64,000 bases of DNA from an uncultured Bacteroidota bacterium (lineage in GTDB: Bacteria > Bacteroidota > Bacteroidia > Chitinophagales > Chitinophagaceae), in the NCBI GenBank assembly GCA_903938445.1, contig CAJADG010000007.1, positions 18,405 through 82,404 on the forward strand. Direction: 5' to 3'. Below, piece after piece: positions 38,368 through 46,641 of the stretch (positions are counted from its first letter, which is position 1; each line of letters opens with the position of its first letter). The notes beneath the pieces are model-generated. The model did no database searches. It was not told where the DNA came from and saw only the letters and a list, made by a program, of their open reading frames with translations. Made by a program: the position numbers and the translations under genes.

Positions 38368-39903
38368 ATGACTGAAAAAATACTTATCCTCGACTTTGGT
38401 AGTCAATACACTCAACTTATTGCACGTGCAGTTAGAGAAGCTAATGTGTATTGCGAAATAAAGCCTTTCAATTCAAGTTTTGAATATGATAGTACTTTAA
38501 AAGGAATCATTTTAAGTGGATCTCCAGCAAGTGTAAACGAAGCAGATGCTCCTAATGTAGATATTCAAGCTATGTTGGATAAATTACCTGTTTTGACGGT
38601 ATGTTATGGAGCCCAATTGAGTGCTAAGAATTTTGGAGGCAAAGTGGAGAAGTCAAATAAGAGAGAATATGGCCGCGCGCAATTGCGTATTCAAAAAGAA
38701 GATATCATTTTTAAAAATATCCAAGATAATAGCCAGGTTTGGATGAGCCATAGCGACTCCATTACCCAACTACCTGAGAATTTTGAACTTTTAGCCGATA
38801 CAGATAGCATCCCAGTGGCCGCATTTAGAAAAAAGGCTGATAATGGCAATAGCTTACACGGATTTCAGTTTCACCCAGAGGTTTACCACTCCACGGAGGG
38901 TAAAACAATGATCAAGAACTTTTTGGTGGACATTTGCGGTTGTAGCCAAAATTGGACCCCTGCCTCCTTTGTGAACGAAACTGTTGAGAAGTTAAAAGCA
39001 CAAATTGGAGATGGTCATGTGATTATGGCTTTAAGTGGTGGTGTGGATAGTACCGTTGCCGCTACCTTAATTCACAAAGCTATCGGTTCCCGCCTTCATG
39101 GTATTTTTGTAGACAATGGCGTTTTAAGAAAAGATGAGTTTCAAGGAGTATTAGATATTTACAAAACTGTCGGCTTGAATGTGAAAGGTATTGATGCCAA
39201 GCAGATGTTTTATGATGCCTTAGCAGGTAAATCAGACCCTGAAGAAAAGCGAAAAATAATAGGAAAACTATTTATAGATGTATTTCAAATAGAAGCATCT
39301 AAAATGTTGGAAGCCAAGTTTTTAGGTCAAGGAACTATTTATCCAGACGTAATTGAAAGCGTAAGCGTTCATGGTCCTTCTCAGACGATTAAGTCGCATC
39401 ATAATGTAGGTGGCTTACCCGACACATTACACTTAAGTTTAGTAGAGCCTTTGAGATATTTGTTCAAGGATGAAGTAAGAAAAGTAGGTCTCGAGTTGGG
39501 TATTCCAGCGGACCTAATCAACCGCCACCCTTTCCCTGGACCAGGATTAGCCATTAGAATCTTAGGGGATATTACTCCAGAAAAAGTAGATTTATTACAA
39601 AGAGCCGACGATGTATATGTAAAAGCATTAAAACAATTTGATCTTTACAATAAGGTTTGGCAGGCAGGAACCATTCTATTGCCAGTTAAGAGCGTAGGCG
39701 TTATGGGGGACGAAAGAACTTATGAATACACAGTAGCTCTAAGAGCCGTTACCTCCGTAGATGGAATGACCGCCGATTGGGCACATTTACCTTACGAGTT
39801 TTTAGCCCACGTGAGTAATGCTATTATCAATGAAGTACGCGGTATTAACCGTGTGGTTTATGATATCAGCAGCAAACCTCCTGCTACCATTGAATGGGAA
39901 TAG
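38368..39903 (+). CDS. guaA: GMP synthase (glutamine-hydrolysing)
   Basis: GATase N-domain, the SGGVDS PP-loop and the C-terminal PPATIEWE. Confidence 0.96.
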   Translation: MTEKILILDFGSQYTQLIARAVREANVYCEIKPFNSSFEYDSTLKGIILSGSPASVNEADAPNVDIQAMLDKLPVLTVCYGAQLSAKNFGGKVEKSNKREYGRAQLRIQKEDIIFKNIQDNSQVWMSHSDSITQLPENFELLADTDSIPVAAFRKKADNGNSLHGFQFHPEVYHSTEGKTMIKNFLVDICGCSQNWTPASFVNETVEKLKAQIGDGHVIMALSGGVDSTVAATLIHKAIGSRLHGIFVDNGVLRKDEFQGVLDIYKTVGLNVKGIDAKQMFYDALAGKSDPEEKRKIIGKLFIDVFQIEASKMLEAKFLGQGTIYPDVIESVSVHGPSQTIKSHHNVGGLPDTLHLSLVEPLRYLFKDEVRKVGLELGIPADLINRHPFPGPGLAIRILGDITPEKVDLLQRADDVYVKALKQFDLYNKVWQAGTILLPVKSVGVMGDERTYEYTVALRAVTSVDGMTADWAHLPYEFLAHVSNAIINEVRGINRVVYDISSKPPATIEWE

Positions 39904-39927
39904 TATTTAATATTTTATTTCAATAGT

Positions 39928-39972
39928 AATAGCCTAAGCATTTGTGAATCATTTGTTTAGGCTATTTTTTTA
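39928..39972 (+). terminator. intrinsic terminator after guaA
   Basis: aatagcctaa ... ttaggctatt stem followed by a T-run. Confidence 0.7.
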
Positions 39973-40012
39973 TAAATACTTTAGATCAAACAAATCACAT
40001 AACGCCTTCGAT

Positions 40013-40257
40013 TTCGCCACTTAACGCTATGGCTCAGATCTCGTGTCTTTTTAATTTTACATTTGATTAATTAGAGATACTAAATGAGAAGCACTGCAAA
40101 ATTGAACTCTGAGCCATAGCGTAAAGAAATTTATAAATTCGATCGTTAAAAAAGTCTGCATGTTTGAGCACGAAGTGCGAGTTCAGACTTTTAGATTGGA
40201 TTTATGAATTTTAGCGTTAAGTGGCGAACAGAGAAATTTTGCAGTGCTTCTCATTTA
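40013..40257. repeat. composite non-coding element of interleaved perfect inverted repeats
   Basis: 16-bp IR at 40013-40028 / 40213-40228. 15-bp IR at 40024-40038 / 40108-40122. 23-bp IR at 40081-40103 / 40235-40257. 9-bp hairpin at 40150-40158 / 40184-40192. All verified base by base. Confidence 0.88.
40123..40217. mobile_element. possible miniature insertion (90-bp AT-rich hairpin plus duplicated AGCGT)
   Basis: AGCGT occurs at 40118-40122 and again at 40213-40217. Removing 40123-40217 recreates a 26-mer whose exact reverse complement is 40013-40038. Confidence 0.4.
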
Positions 40258-40279
40258 AAACTTAATCCAAAGGGAAATT

Positions 40280-40308
40280 AAAAAGCCCGAGAGGTTAATC
40301 TCGGGCTT
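40280..40308 (-). terminator. intrinsic terminator after the XRE-S24 gene
   Basis: aagcccgaga-ggttaa-tctcgggctt. The A-run on the plus side gives a U-run on the minus-strand RNA. Confidence 0.72.
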
Positions 40309-40343
40309 CCACTAAATATTCGAACAACTAAAAACCCAAATGA

Positions 40344-41129
40344 TTAGTTCATGGTTCGCTTCAAATTGCTAATCTTATCCTGTAAACTGTTCACCACACC
40401 AGCTAATTGATCCACATTCCACATAGGCTGTGCCCCTGCTTTGTGTATGATATAAACTGCCTTCCACACCTCTACTATATCTTGACTATTTACTTGATAT
40501 GGCTCATATAATGGATTGTCACTCAACAAAGTAAGCTTATCTTTATTATCGTCATTGGTAATGATTCTTTTATATACAACACCATCTGCATTGGATACTA
40601 CGATATAAGTATTTGAGTTTTTAACGTCTCTAATACTGTCTACTTTTTCTCCAACTATAACACTTCCGCTAGGCGTTGGCAACATACTATCCCCGATAAT
40701 TTCAAAGGCACGATACTCACCTGGAGCCAACATGGGCAAAGTGAAGGTATTTAATTCGTCCAAGAACTCAGGATCCGCATAACCTGCCAAATAACCAGCA
40801 GCTGCTTTAACGGGTACAAATGGTACTATTGGCGCTGATGAACTTGACTTATCCATTTTCATGGAACGACGACGGTCTAAATAAGACATACCCGAACCAG
40901 AATCGGCCCCAGCATTTGCTTTTTCTGAAAGGTCCTGAAACAGGAACTCTTCCAAACTAATATTAAATAAAGCACAAATCGCTTCTTGAACTTCTAAACG
41001 GGGTTCTGCCCTTTCTTCCTCATAAGCTCCTACCAAGGAACGCTTAATCTGAAGTTGATTGGCCATTTCCTCTTGTGTCCATTCGCGCTGCTTTCTGATG
41101 TACTTTAAATTCTTACCTGCGTATGACAT
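40344..41129 (-). CDS. XRE-family HTH repressor fused to an S24 (LexA-like) self-cleaving peptidase domain
   Basis: N-terminal HTH (LKYIRKQREWTQEEMANQL.IKRSLVGAYE). VKAAAGY (Ala-Gly site), GDSM (Ser) and VYKRI (Lys) are arranged as in the LexA/CI/UmuD family. Confidence 0.82.
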   Translation of the reverse strand: MSYAGKNLKYIRKQREWTQEEMANQLQIKRSLVGAYEEERAEPRLEVQEAICALFNISLEEFLFQDLSEKANAGADSGSGMSYLDRRRSMKMDKSSSSAPIVPFVPVKAAAGYLAGYADPEFLDELNTFTLPMLAPGEYRAFEIIGDSMLPTPSGSVIVGEKVDSIRDVKNSNTYIVVSNADGVVYKRIITNDDNKDKLTLLSDNPLYEPYQVNSQDIVEVWKAVYIIHKAGAQPMWNVDQLAGVVNSLQDKISNLKRTMN

Positions 41130-41130
41130 A

Positions 41131-41166
41131 ACTAATGATTTTAGTGCAATTTACTAATTTATTTAG
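41131..41166. promoter_or_regulatory. two 14-bp CTAA-N6-TTAG palindromes, candidate operators
   Basis: actaatgattttag (41131-41144) and actaatttatttag (41153-41166), 22 bp apart. The first lies directly upstream of the repressor ATG. Confidence 0.3.
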
Positions 41167-41274
41167 CATTTCCAAATATTTTTAGCAATTTTTTCAAAAT
41201 ATTTTCGTTGTCCCCTATTTACTTCCAGTAAGTTTTAATTTTTGCGACTAAGGACTGGCTTAGTAACTTGCAGT

Positions 41275-42060
41275 ATGGCTAAGATAAAAACAGAAAAACC
41301 GCTCATCTTAATTACTAATGACGACGGCATTACAGCACCTGGTATAAAAGCCTTAGTGGAAGCTGCTCTCCCTTTTGGTAAAGTAGTAGTGGTTGCTCCT
41401 GATAAACCTCAAAGTGGAATGGGTCATGCCATTACCATTGGACACCATTTAAGATTAACAAAAGTGGACTATATGGAAGGCGTGGAAGCTTATGCATGTA
41501 GTGGAACCCCTGTTGACTGTGTAAAATTAGCAGTAGATAAAGTATTGCATCGTAAACCCACTATTTGTTTAAGTGGAATTAATCATGGCGCGAATCACTC
41601 TATTAATGTAATTTATTCTGGTACCATGTCCGCAGCTTTGGAGGCTTCTATTGAAAGTATTCCAAGTATTGGCTTTAGCTTATTGGATTTAAGTCATGAA
41701 GCTGATTTTACTGCAGCAGCACATTTTGCAGCCATCATTATTGAGAAAGTATTGACTGATAAAAATGTAGATAAGCACCTTTGCTTAAATGTGAATATTC
41801 CTAAAGTGGAAACCAATTTAATTAAAGGAATTAAAATATGCAAGCAGGCTTACGCAAAATATGAAGAAAAATATGTGGAACGTAAGGACCCTTATGGCAA
41901 AAAATATTATTGGCTAACGGGAGAGTTTATCAACTTTGACAAATCAAAAGACACAGATGTTTGGGCGCTTAAAAATAATTATATCAGCGTTGTTCCTGTT
42001 CAATTTGATTTAACCAATCATATTATTAAAGAGAAACTAAGTAAAAAGTGGAAATGGTAA
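41275..42060 (+). CDS. surE: 5'/3'-nucleotidase SurE
   Basis: Start MAKIKTEKPLILITNDDGI (SurE NDDG motif), which is M12 of the ORF. Confidence 0.9.
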   Translation: MAKIKTEKPLILITNDDGITAPGIKALVEAALPFGKVVVVAPDKPQSGMGHAITIGHHLRLTKVDYMEGVEAYACSGTPVDCVKLAVDKVLHRKPTICLSGINHGANHSINVIYSGTMSAALEASIESIPSIGFSLLDLSHEADFTAAAHFAAIIIEKVLTDKNVDKHLCLNVNIPKVETNLIKGIKICKQAYAKYEEKYVERKDPYGKKYYWLTGEFINFDKSKDTDVWALKNNYISVVPVQFDLTNHIIKEKLSKKWKW

Positions 42061-42344
42061 AAGATAGTTACTTACAAGGTATCCTAGTAGGCTTAGTAGT
42101 TCCATTTGCTGGATTCTTTGGATTCTATAAATGGAAATTTAGTGTGTTTTCCATTCAAGAATTTAGTACGATGATCATACATCAAAAGTCTGTTTTGTCT
42201 GCTATGATTAGTGTGTCTTTATTATTAAATGGTGCGGTACTCACTTTTTTCTTTCAAAAAGAGAAAGACAATACTGCAAAAGGAATATTTATTATCACAT
42301 GTATATATGCACTGGTTGCTATTGCATGCAAATGGTTTTTATAA
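42048..42344 (+). CDS. small 3-TM membrane protein of unknown function
   Basis: Hydrophobic ORF packed between surE and lpxB, overlapping the surE end and abutting the lpxB ATG. No motif recognised. Confidence 0.5.
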   Translation: MEMVKDSYLQGILVGLVVPFAGFFGFYKWKFSVFSIQEFSTMIIHQKSVLSAMISVSLLLNGAVLTFFFQKEKDNTAKGIFIITCIYALVAIACKWFL

Positions 42345-43457
42345 ATGCGTTATTACATTGTAGCTGGCGAAGCTAGCGGCGACTTACACGGATCTAATTT
42401 AATCAAAGCGATTAAAGCAAAGGACTCCAATGCTGTGATACAGTGTTGGGGTGGTGATTTAATGCAAGCCGCAGGAGGCAATGTAGTTAAGCATTACAGA
42501 AGTTTAGCCTTTATGGGATTTGTAGAAGTGCTTATGAATTTGCGTACCATTCTTGCTAATATAAAATTTTGTAAAAAAGATATCGAAGCTTTCGCACCTG
42601 ATGTTTTAATATGTATCGACTATCCAGGCTTTAATTTACGTATTGCTAAATGGGCAAAACTAAAAGGGCTAAAAGTAATTTACTTTATTGCGCCTCAGGT
42701 ATGGGCTTGGAAAGAAAATAGAGTGCCTGCCATGCGGGAGAGTATTGACAGATTATTATGTATTCTTCCTTTTGAAAAACAATATTTTAAAGATAGATGG
42801 AATTGGGAAGTAGATTATATTGGGCATCCCTTAATGCAGGTATTGGAGTCGCAACAAAATTTACCACACCCCCTTCCTCAAATAGATGGAGAAAAAATTA
42901 TAGCATTATTACCAGGAAGCAGAAAGCAAGAGATACTAAAAAAATTACCTGAAATGTTATCGGTAGTAAGCTCATTTCCTAACTATCATTTTGCCATTGC
43001 TCAAGCCCCAGGACTTGATGACGATTGGTTTGCATCACTGGTTCCAAGTAATCAAAATGTACATATCGTCAAAGGAAATACCTATGCATTATTAAATCAT
43101 AGTGAAGCTGCATTGGTAACAAGTGGGACTGCCACTTTAGAAACCGCTTTATTAGGCGTTCCTGAAATTGTTTGCTACAAAGGAAACCCAATTACATTGG
43201 CTCTTGCAAAACGCTTTGTAAAAATTAAATTTATCGCCTTAGTAAATTTAATTATGGACAAAGAAGTAGTGAAAGAATTGATCCAGGAAGATTTAAATAA
43301 AAAGAATTTAGTGCAGGAGTTGACGCTTTTATTAAATGATGAAAATAAAAAAGCACAAATAAAAGCAGACTATCAATTGTTAAAGGAAAATCTTTACACT
43401 GGACAAAGCGCTACAGAAGTTGCTGCAGATATTATTCAAGAAACCATAGCAAGATAA
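42345..43457 (+). CDS. lpxB: lipid-A-disaccharide synthase
   Basis: Start MRYYIVAGEASGDLHG is typical of LpxB. Confidence 0.92.
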   Translation: MRYYIVAGEASGDLHGSNLIKAIKAKDSNAVIQCWGGDLMQAAGGNVVKHYRSLAFMGFVEVLMNLRTILANIKFCKKDIEAFAPDVLICIDYPGFNLRIAKWAKLKGLKVIYFIAPQVWAWKENRVPAMRESIDRLLCILPFEKQYFKDRWNWEVDYIGHPLMQVLESQQNLPHPLPQIDGEKIIALLPGSRKQEILKKLPEMLSVVSSFPNYHFAIAQAPGLDDDWFASLVPSNQNVHIVKGNTYALLNHSEAALVTSGTATLETALLGVPEIVCYKGNPITLALAKRFVKIKFIALVNLIMDKEVVKELIQEDLNKKNLVQELTLLLNDENKKAQIKADYQLLKENLYTGQSATEVAADIIQETIAR

Positions 43458-43645
43458 GCATAAGTTTAGTGCAAGAATTTACGCACCAATATCACAATAA
43501 TGGCTACTAGGAAAATAAGAATAGACAAACGGTTCATGCCATGCATCGCTTTCATCATGCCTGTTCTTTCTTGCTTTGGATCTCGTTTTACTAAAAATAA
43601 GTACTCTCCTATTTGTCTGAAAAATCCCATAAAGTGAATTTTTAA

Positions 43646-44671
43646 TTATGCATTTTGAGATACCAACCAACTCTTTAACAAATTGGTTATTTGTTGTGCT
43701 TCAATAATAAATCCATCATGACCATACATAGAATCAATAGCAATTAATTTTGCATTTGGCATATGATGCTCCATGAATCTTTGTTCATCTAATGGACAAA
43801 GAATATCACTATTAATACCTATAATAAAGGTGGGTGTTTTGATGGTAGCCAAAGTAGTCATTAAATCACCGCCTCTTTTACGTGCTAAGTGATGACTATC
43901 CATCGACTTTGTTAATAACCAATAACTATAAGCATTAAAACGTTTTACCAATTTATCTCCTTGGTATTCGATGTAAGAAGAAGCTTTAAAATTATCAATC
44001 TTTTCTGGATCCTCATCCGTTTGCTTCTCTTGGAAAATTCCATAATTTCTATAGGTTAACATACCAATAGCACGTGCTGCTTTTAATCCTTTCGCACCTG
44101 CATTAGGGGTAGCTTCTTTCCAAGTACAATCTGCTTCAATGGCTAAACGCTGAGCAGTATGCACTGCAACACCCCAAGCACTTTCTGAAGGAGAAGTAGA
44201 AATTAAAAACATCTTTTTAATAACAGCAGGTTCAAAGATGGCCCACTCTAATGCTTGGTATCCACCCATACTTCCTCCCATCAATAAATCTATGCTATCA
44301 ATACCTAAATGTTGTCTTAATAAAATATGCGCCTGTACCATATCACGAATGGTCACCGTGGGAAAATTATTTAAACTAATTTCAGTGCCTAAATCTTCCA
44401 CACTTAAAGGTCCCGTTGAGCCATAACAAGAACCTAAAATATTTGCACAAACAATAAAGTAATCATTAGGATTAATTAAATATCCCTCGCCTACTAATCC
44501 TTTCCACCAATCTGCAACATCGGAATTAGCTGTTAAGGCATGACAAACCCATGCAACTTTTTTACCCGGCGTATACTCACCATAAGTATGATAAGCTATT
44601 TTAAGCTTTGGCAAACTCACCCCACACTCTAAAGTAAAAGGCTGATTATATTGATATATTGTTGGACCCAT
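43646..44671 (-). CDS. metX: homoserine O-acetyltransferase
   Basis: CHALT...D.WW and GGSMGG nucleophile elbow. Length is 341 aa. Confidence 0.9.
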   Translation of the reverse strand: MGPTIYQYNQPFTLECGVSLPKLKIAYHTYGEYTPGKKVAWVCHALTANSDVADWWKGLVGEGYLINPNDYFIVCANILGSCYGSTGPLSVEDLGTEISLNNFPTVTIRDMVQAHILLRQHLGIDSIDLLMGGSMGGYQALEWAIFEPAVIKKMFLISTSPSESAWGVAVHTAQRLAIEADCTWKEATPNAGAKGLKAARAIGMLTYRNYGIFQEKQTDEDPEKIDNFKASSYIEYQGDKLVKRFNAYSYWLLTKSMDSHHLARKRGGDLMTTLATIKTPTFIIGINSDILCPLDEQRFMEHHMPNAKLIAIDSMYGHDGFIIEAQQITNLLKSWLVSQNA

Positions 44672-44711
44672 TTTTTTAAATGCTAATTACGAACTAAGTA
44701 TCTATTTGAAT

Positions 44712-44728
44712 TACCTTTGTCAAAGGTA
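44712..44728. promoter_or_regulatory. palindromic double -7 box TACCTTTG-T-CAAAGGTA serving metX and the OsmC gene
   Basis: A perfect 8+1+8 palindrome gives TACCTTTG on both strands. Each copy ends 49-50 nt from its ATG (44671 and 44768). Confidence 0.45.
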
Positions 44729-44767
44729 CAAATTTTATACTTCTTATATACTAACAAGCATTAACCT

Positions 44768-45187
44768 ATGGCAAGAATACATTTAAAACAAATTGATCAA
44801 GACTATCAATTTGTAACTACGGACGAAGCAGGTCAGCAAATTACCATGGATATTCCTGTAGATCAAGGTGGTCATGGAAGTGGTGTACGCCCTATGCAAG
44901 CTTTACTAAGTGCTTTAGGTGGATGTAGCGCAGTTGATATAGTGATGATTTTAAAGAAGCAAAAAGAGACCATTGAAAATTTTGAAATGATTATTGATGG
45001 AGAACGTCAAGTAGGAAAAGAACCTGCTTTATGGGAAACCATTCACATCATTTTTAAATTAAAAGGAACGATGACACAAGAAAGAGCCGAAAAAGCATGT
45101 ACACTTTCAATAGATAAATATTGTTCAGTGGCTGCTACCTTAAGAGCAGCTGGAGCAGTGATCACATGGGCTGTTGAAATTTTATAA
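44768..45187 (+). CDS. OsmC/Ohr-family peroxiredoxin-like protein
   Basis: 139 aa with two conserved Cys contexts (ALGGCSAVD and KYCSVA). Confidence 0.82.
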   Translation: MARIHLKQIDQDYQFVTTDEAGQQITMDIPVDQGGHGSGVRPMQALLSALGGCSAVDIVMILKKQKETIENFEMIIDGERQVGKEPALWETIHIIFKLKGTMTQERAEKACTLSIDKYCSVAATLRAAGAVITWAVEIL

Positions 45188-45240
45188 TTTCAATTGTACC
45201 AAAATTAATAATGTAGGTTTTCAATTTAAATAGAAGCATC

Positions 45241-46410
45241 ATGAAGCATAATCAATCAAAACTAATAAGAACAAGGGTTCCACAGACACCTCAACATGAG
45301 CACTCTGCCCCATTATTTTTAACAAGCAGTTTCACTTTTGATAATGCCGAAGATATGCGTGCAGCTTTTGCAGATGAAACTGACGCCAATATTTACAGCC
45401 GTTTTTCAAATCCAACTGTACAAGAATTTGTAGACCGTTTATGCGTTTTAGAAAATGCAGAGTCAGGTTTTGCAACTGCATCTGGAATGAGTGCTGTATT
45501 TGGTTCTTTCATGGCTTTATTAAAAAAAGGCGATCACCTTTTATCATGTAATTCTATTTTCGGAAGCACCCATACCGTGATTTCAAAATACTTACCTAAA
45601 TATGGTATTGACTTTAGTTATGTTGGGGCTAGTGCTACTGCCGCAGAATGGGAAGCAGCCATTACTCCACAAACTAAAATGATTTATTTAGAAACGCCTA
45701 CCAACCCTGGTTTAGATGTTGTAGATATTAGCATGGTAAGTGCCATTGCTAAAAAACACAATATTATTTTAAATGTAGACAACTGTTTTGCAACGCCTAT
45801 TGGCCAAACCCCTATTGATTTAGGTGCTGACCTAGTAGTACATTCTGCAACTAAATGGATTGATGGACAAGGACGTGTATTAGGTGGTGCCATTGTGGGA
45901 AGAAAAGATTTGATCCATGATATTTATTTATTCTGTCGTAGCACTGGGCCATCTTTATCCCCTTTTAATGCATGGGTTTTAAGTAAGAGTTTAGAAACAT
46001 TAGAAGTGAGAATGGATCGTCATAGTAGTAATGCTTTATACCTTGCTGAAAAATTACAAGGACATGCAAAAATTAATTTTGTAAAATATCCTTTCCTAAG
46101 TTCTCATGCTAGTTATGAGGTTGCTAAAAAGCAAATGAAAAATGGTGGTGGCATTGTTTGTTTTGAATTAAAAGGGGGCATTGAATCAGGAAGAACATTT
46201 TTAAATAATATAAAAATGCTTTCATTGACAGCCAACTTGGGCGACACACGAAGTATTGCTTCCCACCCTGCTAGCACTACCCATGCTAAATTATCTGAAG
46301 CAGAAAGACAAGCCGTAAGCATTACCCCTGGCCTAATTCGTATATCTGTTGGTCTTGAACACAAAGATGATATTTTATCAGATATTTTACAGGCTTTGGA
46401 AGCTTCTTAA
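45241..46410 (+). CDS. trans-sulfuration family PLP enzyme (O-acetyl/O-succinylhomoserine sulfhydrylase-like)
   Basis: HSATKWIDGQG PLP-lysine block. The C-terminus (HPASTTH, LIRISVGLE) is typical of the Cys/Met-metabolism PLP family. It sits next to metX. Confidence 0.85.
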   Translation: MKHNQSKLIRTRVPQTPQHEHSAPLFLTSSFTFDNAEDMRAAFADETDANIYSRFSNPTVQEFVDRLCVLENAESGFATASGMSAVFGSFMALLKKGDHLLSCNSIFGSTHTVISKYLPKYGIDFSYVGASATAAEWEAAITPQTKMIYLETPTNPGLDVVDISMVSAIAKKHNIILNVDNCFATPIGQTPIDLGADLVVHSATKWIDGQGRVLGGAIVGRKDLIHDIYLFCRSTGPSLSPFNAWVLSKSLETLEVRMDRHSSNALYLAEKLQGHAKINFVKYPFLSSHASYEVAKKQMKNGGGIVCFELKGGIESGRTFLNNIKMLSLTANLGDTRSIASHPASTTHAKLSEAERQAVSITPGLIRISVGLEHKDDILSDILQALEAS

Positions 46411-46457
46411 TACTCCAGAACTTAGTCCAGTATTATTAATTTCAAATATTTACATAC

Positions 46458-46491
46458 AGCCTTATCGCATAAAAATGTGATAGGGCTTTTT
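46458..46491 (+). terminator. hairpin terminator after the sulfhydrylase gene
   Basis: agccttatcgca-taaaaa-tgtgatagggct followed by tttt. Confidence 0.6.
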
Positions 46492-46641
46492 AGTAGTGTC
46501 CTATAAACGCATTGAGTTGATAAAAATGGGGTATTTTCCGTACTATTTTTAAGATTTATTAGTATATTGAATTCGCTTAAAACTAACGATTTATTAAACG
46601 ATTGCGCTAGCGGTTACGCTGTCGCTTAAAACCACACATTT

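Noticed and set aside
40081-40257. Phase-variable invertible promoter (inverton) flanked by the 23-bp inverted repeats
   Set aside because: No TAnnTTTG box occurs on either strand inside the segment. No site-specific recombinase is adjacent. Both neighbouring genes point inward and are insulated by their own terminators, so inversion would have nothing to switch. It cannot be fully excluded without read-level data.
43479-43670. 63-aa minus-strand ORF overlapping the metX stop
   Set aside because: It has no motif and an odd composition, and its start overlaps the metX 3' end. The alternative 30-codon hydrophobic frame is noted separately at low confidence.
44672-44767. SAM riboswitch controlling metX or the downstream sulfhydrylase gene
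   Set aside because: The spacer is only 96 bp and is shared by two divergent promoters. The 53-bp gap before the sulfhydrylase gene is also too short. No SAM-I-like four-way junction sequence was seen.
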